In this document: piece after piece, positions 36,875 to 48,789 of the stretch
Numbering within the stretch: the stretch's first letter is position 1
Layout of the letters: every line of letters starts with the position of its first letter
The notes under the pieces: model-generated
The model's input: the letters and a program-made list of their open reading frames with translations, nothing else
Told to the model about the DNA's origin: nothing
The model's database searches: none
From: Octopus bimaculoides
Lineage: Eukaryota
Assembly: GCF_001194135.2 (NCBI RefSeq)
Contig: NC_068990.1
Span: 71,864,685 to 71,928,684, forward strand
Length of the DNA: 64,000 bases
Reading direction: 5' to 3'
Position numbers and translations under genes: made by a program

Positions 36875-37240
36875 TACACCATTCAAGTGTGGCTCATGCC
36901 AGTGCCGCTTGATTGGCACCTGTACTGGTAGCACGTATAATGCACCATTTGAGCATGGCTAATGCCAGTGCTGCATGACTGGCACCCGTGTTGGTGGCCT
37001 GTAAAAAGCACCATTTGAGCGTGGCCAATGCCAGTGTCACCTGACTGGCACCTGTGCCGGTGGCACATAAAAGCATCCACTACACTCTTGGAGCGGTTGG
37101 CATTAGGAAGGGCATTCAGCTGTAGAAACCTTGCCAAATCAGATTGGAGCCTGGTGCAGCCTCCCAGCTTGCCCGTTCTCAGTCAAACTGTCCAACCCAT
37201 GCCAGCATGGAAAACAGACGTTAAACGACAACGATGATGA
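36875..37240 (+). mobile_element. RTE 3' UTR/tail with about three tandem units
   Basis: Repeated GGCAC.TAAAAAGCACC units; ends CCAACCCATGCCAGCATGGAAAACAGACGTTAAACGACAACGATGATGA. Confidence 0.9.
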
Positions 37241-37506
37241 CATATGTAAGTATATAGGCATTTACATCTATCATCTTTGTATTCATTTCACATCCATTTG
37301 GCATGTATGTATATGCATATGCCATACTGTGTGTGCATGTGTGTGTATATATATATATAAAGATTTCACAAAGGTATAGTGATAGTAATAACCAGGTGTT
37401 GGAACTCAAAATACATATGCTACAAAATAAAGTGTTAGGTGAGTACAGTTCATAATATGAAATTAAATAAATGATAAGGGAACAGGAATTACATAATCAA
37501 CTTCAT

Positions 37507-37548
37507 TAGCTTACAGCTGTTTCTGCCTCTGATGGCAAGAAGAAGCTA
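37507..37548 (-). ncRNA. Hammerhead-like relic lacking the CUGAUGA box
   Basis: UAGCU-ucuucu-UGCC(aucaga)GGCA-GAAA-CAGCUG-UA-AGCUA. Confidence 0.4.
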
Positions 37549-37599
37549 TTGATCATGTTTGTGAAGGCTGAGAGACTGACAGGAGTTTTAATATGTTCA

Positions 37600-38010
37600 G
37601 GTTTTGAAAGATGCAACAACCTGGATTTTTTCTGAATATCCTGAAGCAAGAGAAGGAAACCCCAACAAGATCACTAAGGACTTCAAGCTTACATTCCAGC
37701 AAGATGAAGCTCCTTGTCGCACAACTGCAGTGGCTGAAAACTTCCTCAGGGATGAGTATGGGAACAAGTTTTGAGACAGGGACACTTGGTCCCCTTCATT
37801 ACCAAATTTGAACCATTTAGACTTCAGCATTGGGAATGAGCTGGTCAGAAAAGCTTGTGAGAAGCCCCACAGTAATCTGCAAGCTCTCAAGAACTCCATC
37901 CATAGGACATGGGAGGAAGACATTGATGAGGAATTCATTAAGAAAGTTTGTGGTGCAGCCAGGGAGGGGATTGAGGAACTTATTGTGTCTTCTATCATTG
38001 CCTAGGGTTA
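37600..38010 (+). mobile_element. Tc1/mariner (maT/DD37D-like) transposase C-terminal relic
   Basis: FKLTFQQDEAPCRT...F*DRDTWSPSLPNLNHLDFSIGNELVRKACEKPHSNLQALKNSIHRTWEE...KKVCGAAREGIEELI; 38 codons between second and third D. Confidence 0.85.
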
Positions 38011-38129
38011 AACATGTCATCCAGTGTGTTTTACTTTTCTAAGACTGTAGGATGCAACTTGGGAATGATTTGGCTGCTATTTCCAGCAGGCTGATCAACC
38101 ATGAATACTTCTCTTATTGGATTATTAAT

Positions 38130-38330
38130 ACACAAACATAATCACATACATGCATACATACATACATACATACAAAAACACACATACATAAACACACACA
38201 TACATAAACATACATAAACACATACACATGCATAAATACACACATACATAAACACACACACATACATAAGCACACACACACATACATAAGCACATACACA
38301 TACGTTTCCATGTGTGTGTGTGTATGTATA
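38130..38330. repeat. Degenerate (CATA)/(CA) microsatellite
   Basis: Direct reading. Confidence 0.9.
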
Positions 38331-38736
38331 TAAATCTTGATGCAAATGTATTTACTTACATAAATGCCATAACTAAGCATTTATATAAGTAAATATCTAT
38401 TATGGCCTCAATTAAATCAACAACCAATTAGTAGCTGAATAGTTTTGTGTTCCACATATGTATTTTTTCCATTCTCAGAAAGTAAATAAAGCCAGTCCAA
38501 AGCTAATACTTAAGTGTTGGGCATTACTTGGATAAGCAAACAAAATAAAAGCAGGGGATATTTATTTTCTATAATCCTATGAATTATAAAATATTGTATT
38601 AAATTCTTGTTGGTGGATTTCCTACTTTTCTTTATCTTCATAAAACTGTATTAAACTATGAAGACATTAAAACTCAAAACAATATCAGGATTATGAATTT
38701 ATATATATATATATGTATGTATGTATACATATATGC

Positions 38737-38801
<65 letters not shown>

Positions 38802-38899
38802 CCAGTGAAGGATCTGTGGCAAGTTCTTCCAAAACATTTACTGATTTGTTTATGGGTGATGAATCTGAAGTAGTGTATCCGCATTGTTCATTGCTATTT

Positions 38900-39275
38900 T
38901 CTTCAGCTGCCTCTGTTATCCCTTTTAATGCTGGTGCCAGTACCCGCTGACTGGCGCTTGTGCCAGTGGCACATAAAAAGCACCATCCAAATGTGGCTGA
39001 TGCCAGTACCCACTGACTGGCCCCCGTGCTGGCAGCACGTAAAAAGCACTATCCAAATGTGATCGATGCCAGGTGCGTCTGACTGGCTCCTGTGCTGGTG
39101 GCACATAAAAAGCACCCACTACACTCTTGGAGTGATGGGCGTAAGGAAGGGCATCCAGTTGTAGAAACATTGCCAGATTAGATTGGAGGCTGGTGCAGCC
39201 ACTGGCTCTCCAGACCTCAGTCAAACTGTCCAAACCATCATGGAAAACGGATGTTAAACAAGGATGACGATGATA
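38900..39275 (+). mobile_element. RTE 3' UTR/tail with tandem units
   Basis: GCACATAAAAAGCACC units; CACTACACTCTTGGAGTG...GGAAAACGGATGTTAAAC. Confidence 0.9.
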
Positions 39276-39279
39276 TATA

Positions 39280-39297
39280 NNNNNNNNNNNNNNNNNN
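39280..39297. other. Assembly gap
   Basis: N run. Confidence 1.
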
Positions 39298-40796
39298 TAT
39301 ATATATTCAATAAATTTCCAAATTTGACTTTTGAGATATTATCGAAGATAATATTTCCTAACTTGATATCATTCTTCAAAGTTGAACTTGTCTGTTTTCA
39401 GCTCACAAAACTTGGAAAACGTCCCATCATGTACATTGTATCTTATTTGACTATACACTAAACACTTCATGCCAATTTGTGCCCTACAGAAACTGGATCT
39501 TTTGTTAACCTCTACCTGTGCAAATATTACATTAATTCAATCCACTTCATACAGCCACCCAACTACTTTCATCTAGGTAACAATTTACGAAATGGAAATA
39601 ACTTTATGAAATGATCCCATCTGTGACAAAAATAACACTAGCAAAAAATATTGTAATTTAGATTTCTTAGAGGCATCCCCAACTAAAACTTTTATAAACC
39701 CATAAGAGTTTTACTGATGAAACTGAATTCAAACAATCAAAAAATTGAAAGTGATAGGCCTAAGGTATTCATAGATGAATCCTTAAAAATTATATGCTTT
39801 GGAGGTGAGGGCTTACATAAAGTTGCAGAGGAGAAATCAATCTCATGCCCATGATTTTTCTCAGTTTTTTTCAAAACTGGTAGAAGCAAAGAGGTAGTTA
39901 GCTTCAGATCAGAGCTCTGGTCTGAATATTATCAATGGAATGGACTCCAGTTAGTAAAGGCATTCAAGGGCGAGGCAGTGTTGCTAAACCAAGAGATATA
40001 TTAAGGCTGCAACCCAAGAAAAATCACAGTCTCTCTGATGTGCTTCTTTACATTATCCATTTACCACATCTCACAGACAAGTTTGGTGGCAACCACTCGT
40101 GTTAAACCTTGAATATCCAAACCTATGAGTAAAAGTGTTGCACCTTGACCATCCTGACATTTTCCTAATTGTGTTCCAGACGTAGTATATCCAGGACAAC
40201 ATTATTTAGTATGTTATTACATTTTTTTTAAAGACAGTAAGGTGTAATTTGAAGGTAACTTGTTTGGTATTTCTGGCAGGACATGTAACCACAGAGAGAC
40301 TCCTTTTGTTAGCTTGAAGTTTAGTAGAAATGGGTTTTAAAAATAACTCGTTCTAATATTTATCAAGTATATTTAAAATTGATTGGTTGTATTCGGCAAA
40401 ACAACGTCTCTTAGTAACTGGTTTCAGTTTGTGCTGACCTGTTAAAGAAGATTTACTGCTAAATAAGATGGTTGCATCACTTCTTAAATAACTAATGTCC
40501 TGTTGTGGTGGTGGTGGTGGTGGTTACCCTAAAAAAACGTTCAATGCTGCAAATGACACTGAAGTGATAAAATAGCTTCAGTTTGAATTGACACAAGATC
40601 TGAAACTCCCAGGGAGAACTTGACTATAAAAATTGTAGCTTGGGTAAGTTTGGTAGAGAATTTTTACACTCCATTCTAAACATGGTTTCATGTCGAAAAC
40701 ACTGTTTCACTAGAACTTATGTTTCCTTACTGATGGATGATGTAATCTTATGATTTCAAGTTAGTTAAGATAGATATTACATTTTATCCTATAGGT

Positions 40797-40860
40797 CAAT
40801 GGTCCCAAAGCTCTTTCACACCATGGACCAGTTTCATGCAAGACAATTTTTCCATGGACT
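40797..40860. mobile_element. hAT (Charlie/MER1-like) MITE terminus
   Basis: CAATGGTCCCAAAGCTC...GGACCAGTTTCATGCAAGACAATTTTTCCATGGAC, inverted relative to 42900-42979. Confidence 0.65.
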
Positions 40861-41039
40861 AGAGGAACAAACACATAAGATTTGAAAAATTCTTGGAAAA
40901 TGCTTGAGGCTCACAGTGATCCATCTGTTGCCAACTTCTACTGAAATCATCATCATTCAAACACTTACTTTTCTGTTTGCATGGGCCAAATGAGATTTGT
41001 TGAAGTAGCTTTCCTGTGAATGAAAACGAGACAATGGGA

Positions 41040-41345
41040 GAGCTTCTATATGACTGATTGACCTCATAGAAATAGAAGTCAAATCACATCCTTCAAGAAA
41101 TAAAGGACATATTAAATAATGTATTCCAATATAACCCCTAAAATGATGGGTCTGTCACAAAAAAAAAAAAATGCCTTTGAACATAGGTGTGTTCAATCAA
41201 GCCAGATAGTAACAATAGTCAAATGACCCTCAAATCACTCCTCACTATCTTAAATAAGGACTGAACATATCTGATAACTCAGATAACCTTAAAATGATGG
41301 ATGAAATAGCTCTGACCAATCAGGATTGATCTGGGACTAAATAAC
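41040..41345 (+). repeat. Repeat family E, two adjacent copies
   Basis: GAAATAGAAGTCAAATCACATCC... and ...CAAATCACTCCTCACTATC...TGGGACTAAATAAC. Confidence 0.65.
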
Positions 41346-42227
41346 ACTTCTAAAAAGGATCTTCAAAGGACAAACTATACAGCACATATAGACTGGTAAT
41401 TAATCCAAAAGTTTTCCACTCACAATCTGCTCTGCTGTGAAGTGTAGAGATTTAGAGAGAACCAGCATTTTATTCCAGTCATGTTCAAGGTAAAAGTCAA
41501 AAGGAAGATCTACATCACACACAATATGCTTCTTGTGGGGAAAAATAGAAAGAAAAATAGAAAGAAAAAAGAAAAATGAAAAGCATTCTGCCTTTAATTT
41601 GATGAAGTATGGCTCGTCGATTAAGCTTCATTGTTAAGATTTAGTTCAGGTTTAGGTCACTTACATTACACAGTAAAGATTTGCCATAGTAACCCTGCTG
41701 TTCTCTATAAGCCATCAATAATTACAATAAATTGATACGCATCAGAAATATTTCAGTACCAATTAATGCCTAATCATTAAATACCAGGATGTATCAGCAT
41801 ATTAGCCAATCAATCAAACAAGTCAACAATCCAGTTATGCTAGGCATCAATAAAATATATCAAATCACCTACTTCCTAAATGCTTGCTCTAAATCATTTT
41901 CTATACTTGTGTTTTTAATTTATTGATATTGCTGAGGCAAATTTATTTTCCATATAAAATGGATAGAATTTCTGTTAATTTATTTCTTCTTTGAATTCAA
42001 GTAAATCAGTTCCTTTTTGTTTTTCCTCATGTTGTCAATGGCAAAGAGATATATTAGAGAAACATAATTTCCAGATTCCAGTAAATTAATATCAGTTTTA
42101 ACCTTTTCATCACCATATTTTCTATGAAATGCCTTGAATACTTTTGAAAATAATCAAAACTTGAGGTATTTCATAAAATACCTGACAATCATTTTTTAAC
42201 TGATGTTTTAGAACATAAAAAGTTCTT

Positions 42228-42691
42228 CAAGGTCCCCAACACCCAGGTCACAGACCAATACAGAGCAGTGGATCATTTGGTACCAAACTGCACAGAATGA
42301 ATAAATTTTAAAATCTTATTTCTATTTTACTGACTATTGCAGTCAGTAGTTTGTTTTTTGCATTATGTAAGTATTATATATGTAATGATTAAATTTAATG
42401 ATAATTATTATGTAATACCCAAGAAGACCTGTCCTCCACAATAGAATTGTTAATGCCAAGGCTCCCCTGCTGAAGAGGTTGGCCTGCACCTGCAGCAATG
42501 CCACATAACAATGCCCATGCCGGTGCTGCTTAAGAAGCACCCAGCACACACTGTAAAGTGGTTGGCATTAGGAAGGGTATCTAGCCATAGAAACCAAGCC
42601 AAATCAGACTGGAGCTTGGTGCAGCTCTCCTGCTTGCCAGCTCTGGTTAAACTGCCCAATCCATGCCAGCACGGAAAACAGACACTAAAGA

Positions 42692-42723
<32 letters not shown>

Positions 42724-42979
42724 ATTAGCAACAAAAGCAGTATTAATATTAAAAGGTAATATTTATCCACACTTATAAGTGGATGTTGTGTCAAAAACTG
42801 AATACTGTGATAGTTACCATGAGAGAATCTCTCATATGGATTTCCAGTGCATATAAGCACTTGTTTGCATTTTGTGTTTTGTTATGAGTGTGATTTTCTG
42901 GTCCATAGAAAATTGTCTTGCATGAAACCAGTTTGTGGGAGCAAAAAAAGAAGGAACAAAAAGGTTGGGGACACAACTG
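42228..42979. mobile_element. hAT (Charlie/MER1-like) MITE interrupted by an RTE tail
   Basis: TIR core GTCCCCAAC (42232-42240) / GTTGGGGAC (42964-42972); subterminal GAAAATTGTCTTGCATGAAACC. Confidence 0.7.
42420..42722 (+). mobile_element. RTE 3' UTR/tail nested in the hAT MITE
   Basis: AGCACCCAGCACACACTG...CCATGCCAGCACGGAAAACAGAC...(GAT)n. Confidence 0.9.
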
Positions 42980-43899
42980 TAGTAGAAAATCTGAGGGGTC
43001 TCAGATGAGTTGGTACTGAAAGAGCTAAAATGATTAATCAAAGATTTCATTCTACTGCATACTGAAGACAGTTCCTTTACCAATGTTAACAAAAAAAAAA
43101 AAAAAGAGTAAATGTACACCTGTATATGATTACATATGATAACAAGTCAACCAAGTAACTTCGACATTGTTGATCAATCTACTATCTCCATCAACTCACG
43201 TATACTATCTTTCGAAAAAAAAATGAACACAGCAGGCTAATGTAGTTCTAGAGACACTAACATCATTGTCATCATCATCATCATATCAACATCATAGTTT
43301 TAATGTCCACTTTTCCATGCTTACATGGGCCAGAAAGAATTTATTGAGACAGATTATAATCTGCCCTAAATTATCTATAGCCAGATGTCCTTCCTGTCAT
43401 CAACACTAACCTATTTCCTAGTAAATTAATATTTCTCCATAGTCAAACATGCTTTCGCAAAATATTGGAAATGAATAACACTGCTTGTGAGACAGGAATA
43501 CACTTTTACAACTGTCACATGATGTTAAGACAAAGAGAGACACACAAACAATATATACACACACACAATACACAAGCTTTAAAAATTTACCAAGATGCTT
43601 CAATGTTGCTGGTGTATTTTTCTCAAGTGGAACTGGGTCATATAATCAGGTTTTCTCCCAGAAGAGCAAACATAGCAGTGTCAGACCATTTGCTGACATA
43701 GCTGCACACATATTTAATTGACTGTGTGTCTTAACACAACACCTATCAACAATAAGGCATAATCCATCAATTGCCAGTAACAACATCCCTACCATTTCTC
43801 ATTTTAGTCTTAGCAACAAATCCTCCATCTTGAGGAGTCTTCTCCTTCTATTCAATGAAAATGTATTTTCACCAGTTCAAGTTGCTTTTGTCAGTGTTT

Positions 43900-44090
43900 A
43901 TCATCTTCATCATCATCATTTAACAGCCACCGTCCATGTTGGCATGGGTTGGGAAGTTTGACAGTAGCTGGTGATCCAGAGGACTGGATCAAACTTCACT
44001 GTCTACTTTGGCATGGTTTTCATGGCTGGATACCCTTCCTAACACCAACCAATTTACAGAGTAGACTGGGTGGATTTTACATGGAACAAA
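43900..44090 (-). mobile_element. RTE tail fragment
   Basis: (CAT)nTTAACAGCCACCGTCCATGTTGGCATGGGTTGG...GGGTGGATTTTACATGG. Confidence 0.8.
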
Positions 44091-44569
44091 CATTAGGTTT
44101 CTGGGTTTCTGGGATATATTTTGATACATACGTTATTTTTCATGAAAGGAACTTTTAGGTTTGGCTGGGGAGCCACAAGCTATGAAGTTTTGCTTGTTTG
44201 ATGGAGTGAAAAAAAATGACTGATCACTTATTGGGTCTGGAACTGGTTTGAAGAAAGATTAAATTATCTATTAAGCTTATAGTCTTCTTACTCATGATTG
44301 TCTGAAGGGTATTGATTCAAGAAAATGTCATATGAAGAATTACACTGCAAATATTGGGAAAAAAATGAATGTGAAGCAACCAAAGTGTTTGCAATGATGA
44401 TGCAATGACAGAAAAAGAGACAAGAGAGGAGAGAATGTGTGTGTGTGTGTGTGTGTGTGTGTACATATATGTATACACACACATAGACACACATCAAATA
44501 GAGAGGGAGAAAAAAAAATGGAAGAAATATTGTACAGAAATGAACTACGAGCTAAGATCAGTTTCAAGT

Positions 44570-44960
44570 AAAAATTACATTATGGCTGTGTGGCAAGAAG
44601 TTTGCTTCCCAACCACATGGTTCCAGGTTCAGTCCCACTGTATGGCACCTTAGGTAAATGTCTCTACTATAGCCTCAGCCTGACCAAAAACTTCAATAGA
44701 TTTGATAGGGGGAAAATATGAAAGACCATTGTGCGTGTGTGAGTGAGTGTGAGTGTGTGTGTGTGTGTTTGTTCCCTGTCACCACATGACAATTAGTGTT
44801 GGGACATTTACATCCCTGTAACTTAGCAGTTCAACAAAACAGACTGACAGAATAAGCAGCAGGCTTTACAAAAACAAATACTGGCGTCGATTCATTCTTC
44901 AAGACAGTACTCCAGTATGGCCACAGTCTAATAACTGAAACAAGTAAAAGATAAAAGATA
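44570..44960 (+). mobile_element. SINE family A, full length
   Basis: TGGCTGTGTGGCAAGAAG...GGTTCCAGGTTCAGTCCCACTG; (TG)n; tail AACTGAAACAAGTAAAAGATAAAAGA. Confidence 0.9.
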
Positions 44961-45394
44961 CTTGAATTGCTAGAAATAGCAGCGAAATTTCACTCAATCA
45001 TACCCTATCACCATAAAAACAAAAGGATATATCGGAAAATGTGATCAGTGTAGCCATAACTATACAGACTATGGAACCTGGTGTGGGCCCCTGGCCTTAT
45101 CAGTTCCTGTCAATACTTCCAACCAATACCAGCATTGAAAACGGATGTTAGATGATGATGATGAAACAACCATTTGATCATATGTCTACTTGATTAGAAC
45201 TGAACAGGGGCTAAACAACAAACAACTATCTTATAAAAAAAAATTGTTTGATAGAAATTCTGTTTTCTTAACTTTGGATAGATTGTTAAACTTCTTACAA
45301 AATGCTGACTTTTGAAGATTTCTATGCTAAGCTTTCTCCTCTTTCCTCAACAACCTGACCTCTGTTACATCAAAACGAAAATAAAACGATATAA

Positions 45395-45429
<35 letters not shown>

Positions 45430-45619
45430 AAAAGAAAAAAATTGCTAGAGAATGAAAGAACTAAATCTCCTTTAAATGATATGTTGTCTGTATTTTGTTT
45501 TTTTATATAGCTTTGATGGCCTTGTAAGTAAAAGTGTTGATAAGTAGTAATGTGATCTCAAGATGGAGGTTTCAATCCCTACCAGGAATTATATGGAGCC
45601 TTATTAAATATTTTTGTAG

Positions 45620-45925
45620 GCGCAGACATGACTGTGTGGTACAAATTTTGCCTTGGGCCTTGTAAATGGATTTGATAGACACTGAAAGAAGCCCACTGTA
45701 TATGTGTGTGTGTATGTGTGTGTCATTATGTCTGTGTTTGTCCCCTACTACAGCTTGACAACGAGTGTTGTGTTTATTTACCTGTAACTTAGTGGCTCAG
45801 CAAAGCGACTGATAGAATAAGTACCAGACTTAAAATGTTAAGTACTGGGGTCAATTCCTTTGATTAAAAATTCAAAATAGGGCTCCAGTATGGCCATAGT
45901 CTGATGACTGAAGTAAAAGGTAAAC
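45620..45925 (+). mobile_element. SINE family A with internal deletion
   Basis: GGCGCAGACATGACTGTGTGG head; CCTGTAACTTAG body; GATGACTGAAGTAAAAG tail. Confidence 0.8.
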
Positions 45926-45929
45926 AGAT

Positions 45930-46760
45930 GAACAAAAAAAAAAATGGAAGGACACTGAATATTGTTCTCTCAAACGAAGTCTGAAAAGTTGGGATGGTCA
46001 AGAATAGAATACATCTGAAGGTAGATGCATTTAATTAAAGCACACCTGGACAAAACAAGGCCTTTACACAGCCATTCAGCAATTTAGTTGAAACCGTCGT
46101 GGTTGGAATGACTTTAATCATAGATCTACTTGAAAAGGACTGATCTAGGAACATTTGCTTAGAGGTGAGATGGGACTAAACAAAAAAGAAAATTTAATTA
46201 ACTTTGAGCCAACAAGGTCATCTATCAGTCATTCTCTTCAAATCTCTTTCAAATCACACACTTTCATTTAATAATTGGAAAAGGAAAAAAAAACTTTTGA
46301 AAATGTAGTCCAAGATACACTATCGTTAAAAAAAATGACAATGGCTACTGTTAGAATGGTCACTTTTGATCATAAATCTGAGCGATCTGGGCTGACTTGG
46401 GATTGAACAACAATAACAGTCAATATTAATAATCCAATAAGAGAAGCTTACATGGATGATCAGCCTGCTGGAAATAGCAGCCAAATCATTCCCAAATTGC
46501 ATCCTACAGTCTTAGAAAAGTAAAACACGCTGGATGACGTGGTTCTAGGTACACTGTACCTTCTGTGCTTAGGTGAAAGACAATATGATTGCAAATGTGA
46601 TACTTTTGGTCATTTGGGGTTAACCTTGAAGCCAAGTAACAACAGCTATAATAGTAACATCAGCATCAACAACATTGCCAATATAATTCAATGAAAGGAG
46701 CCTTTACATAGTCACTCAACCGGCTAGAAATAGCAACTAAAACACTCTCACATCTAACCA
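45930..46760 (+). repeat. Cluster of about five family-E fragments
   Basis: Repeated GAAATAGCAGCCAAATC, TTTGATCATA.ATCT and GGGACTAAACAA motifs in one orientation. Confidence 0.65.
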
Positions 46761-46890
46761 TATCAGACGCTTAATGTCCAAGAAAAATAAAACAAAGAAT
46801 AATCACAACTGGAATGATTTTAAACACAGATTTGGTGGATTCAAACTGACATGGGGTTAAACAACAACTGTTACAAAGAATCTCTTAGAG

Positions 46891-47134
46891 CAGTAGTTCT
46901 CAGCCAGAGTCCATGTGGCCCTTGGTGGCCCATATAAGATTTTGTTGTTAAAATTTATGAGCAATAAAGTGCTAATACTTCTACAATAAATTTTTGTTAT
47001 ACAATTCTTAATAATACTTAAATATAAAAATACAGTAAGATATTTTTTTAATATACAATAAATGGCTATGGAGGTCCAGTGGAGTAAAATAGGAACCAAA
47101 GGGGTCCATGGGAAAAAATGGTTGAGAACCACTG
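46891..47134. mobile_element. hAT-type MITE (244 bp)
   Basis: TIRs CAGTAGTTCTCAGCC / GGTTGAGAACCACTG; 8-bp flanks TCTTAGAG and TTTTGGAG (6/8 identical). Confidence 0.8.
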
Positions 47135-47483
47135 TTTTGGAGGCTTTAGTCATTATATTTGAACTTTCTTAAGCATGCAGCAGTTTATGCTGGTTAAAAC
47201 TGTCCAGTTATCACTAAGAGTCAATATATGGCATTATATTAGGGTCATATTGATGGAATATAGAGAGCTGAAAAACTTCAATGAACTGAGATTATCTGAT
47301 CTTGACAAAATTTACCTCAAGGACTATTTAATGTCTAAAAACAATACAAAGAAAAAAAAATGAGATCAAAGTTTTTGTACAATCCTCAGTATAATGATGC
47401 ATAAGTAAATATATGTACATATGTAACCAAAACACTATCAGCCCGTCCTCTCAACCTTGTCAACCTTCCCAGCCACTCCTCGA

Positions 47484-47704
47484 CCCTTTAGCATTCAGAT
47501 TTCCTTGTCAAATGTAATGCTTATTTATTTACATTGTTTTGAATTAATCACGCATTATCTTGTAGCTTCAAGATTTCAATGGTGTGTTTTGTATATTTTC
47601 AGAATGACATTGTAGGGTTGGTGTGAGAGGTTGGATATGGTCAGTTTTAACATAAAACATGTAGAATATCTGGGCTGGATATGGCCACATTAAATGCTAA
47701 AGAG
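47484..47704. mobile_element. piggyBac-type MITE
   Basis: CCCTTTAGCATT...AATGCTAAAGAG-TTAA. Confidence 0.85.
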
Positions 47705-47884
47705 TTAAGTAAATCTCAATGCCATTGACACTAATCACCTGACTGAAGGAATGAAATACAATGGGAGTGAATTATTTTCTAGTAGACAAGGGTATTAGCT
47801 GGTCTGCAAGCTGTATCACTACATAACAATATGCCCCCCCCCCCCAATCTGTGTAGTGGCATCAAAATATGGTTCCATTATTCA

Positions 47885-48085
47885 ACAAAAAGCATCTACA
47901 TGGTCACTCAATCTGTTGGAAATAGTAGCCACATTTCCCTAAAATGACCATACCATCTTAAACAAGGGCTATAATGTACTTCCTGCTTCAGATATACAAA
48001 AAGATAGGATAGTTACAACAGGAACATCCTTCTTTCTAGGTCTGTTCGATTGTGGTTGATTTGCAGCTAAGCAACAACAACCAAG
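47885..48085 (+). repeat. Repeat family E
   Basis: CTACATGGTCACTCAATCTGTTGGAAATAGTAGCC...GCTAAGCAACAACAAC. Confidence 0.7.
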
Positions 48086-48282
48086 TTTACTTCAAGCCAA
48101 TAAGGAAAGGAGACGTCCTCTATGCAGACACTTGACCTGCTAGAAATAGAAGTAAAATTTCCTGTAAACCACTTTCTACCATCATCTTAATTAGCAAAGA
48201 ACACAAGCCATACACATACACACACAAAAAGATGGGATAATATATACATACATAAATATCTATATCTCTCTCTCTCTCCCTC

Positions 48283-48325
<43 letters not shown>

Positions 48326-48427
48326 CCAACAGATCAAAACAGGAAATTTAAATAGCTAGATGTGAAGAATCAGCTATTGTAAAAAAAAATACATATATAT
48401 AATTATTAACCTTCTTCTTCTTCTTTT

Positions 48428-48783
48428 NNNNNNNNNNNNNNNNNNNNNNNNNNNNNNNNNNNNNNNNNNNNNNNNNNNNNNNNNNNNNNNNNNNNNNNNN
48501 NNNNNNNNNNNNNNNNNNNNNNNNNNNNNNNNNNNNNNNNNNNNNNNNNNNNNNNNNNNNNNNNNNNNNNNNNNNNNNNNNNNNNNNNNNNNNNNNNNNN
48601 NNNNNNNNNNNNNNNNNNNNNNNNNNNNNNNNNNNNNNNNNNNNNNNNNNNNNNNNNNNNNNNNNNNNNNNNNNNNNNNNNNNNNNNNNNNNNNNNNNNN
48701 NNNNNNNNNNNNNNNNNNNNNNNNNNNNNNNNNNNNNNNNNNNNNNNNNNNNNNNNNNNNNNNNNNNNNNNNNNNNNNNNNNN
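48428..48783. other. Assembly gap
   Basis: N run. Confidence 1.
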
Positions 48784-48789
48784 TATTAT

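Noticed and set aside
36771-36962. ORF MQVLEVDIDLLNDCIY...
   Set aside because: Short, runs into an RTE 3' UTR, no splice support or recognisable motif
39360-39510. Minus-strand acceptor-like TTTGCACAG followed by 48 open codons
   Set aside because: No convincing donor and no recognisable product; the length is within chance expectation
45930-46760. Repeated motifs as a possible CRISPR-like or satellite array
   Set aside because: Irregular spacing and diverged interspersed-repeat fragments in eukaryotic DNA
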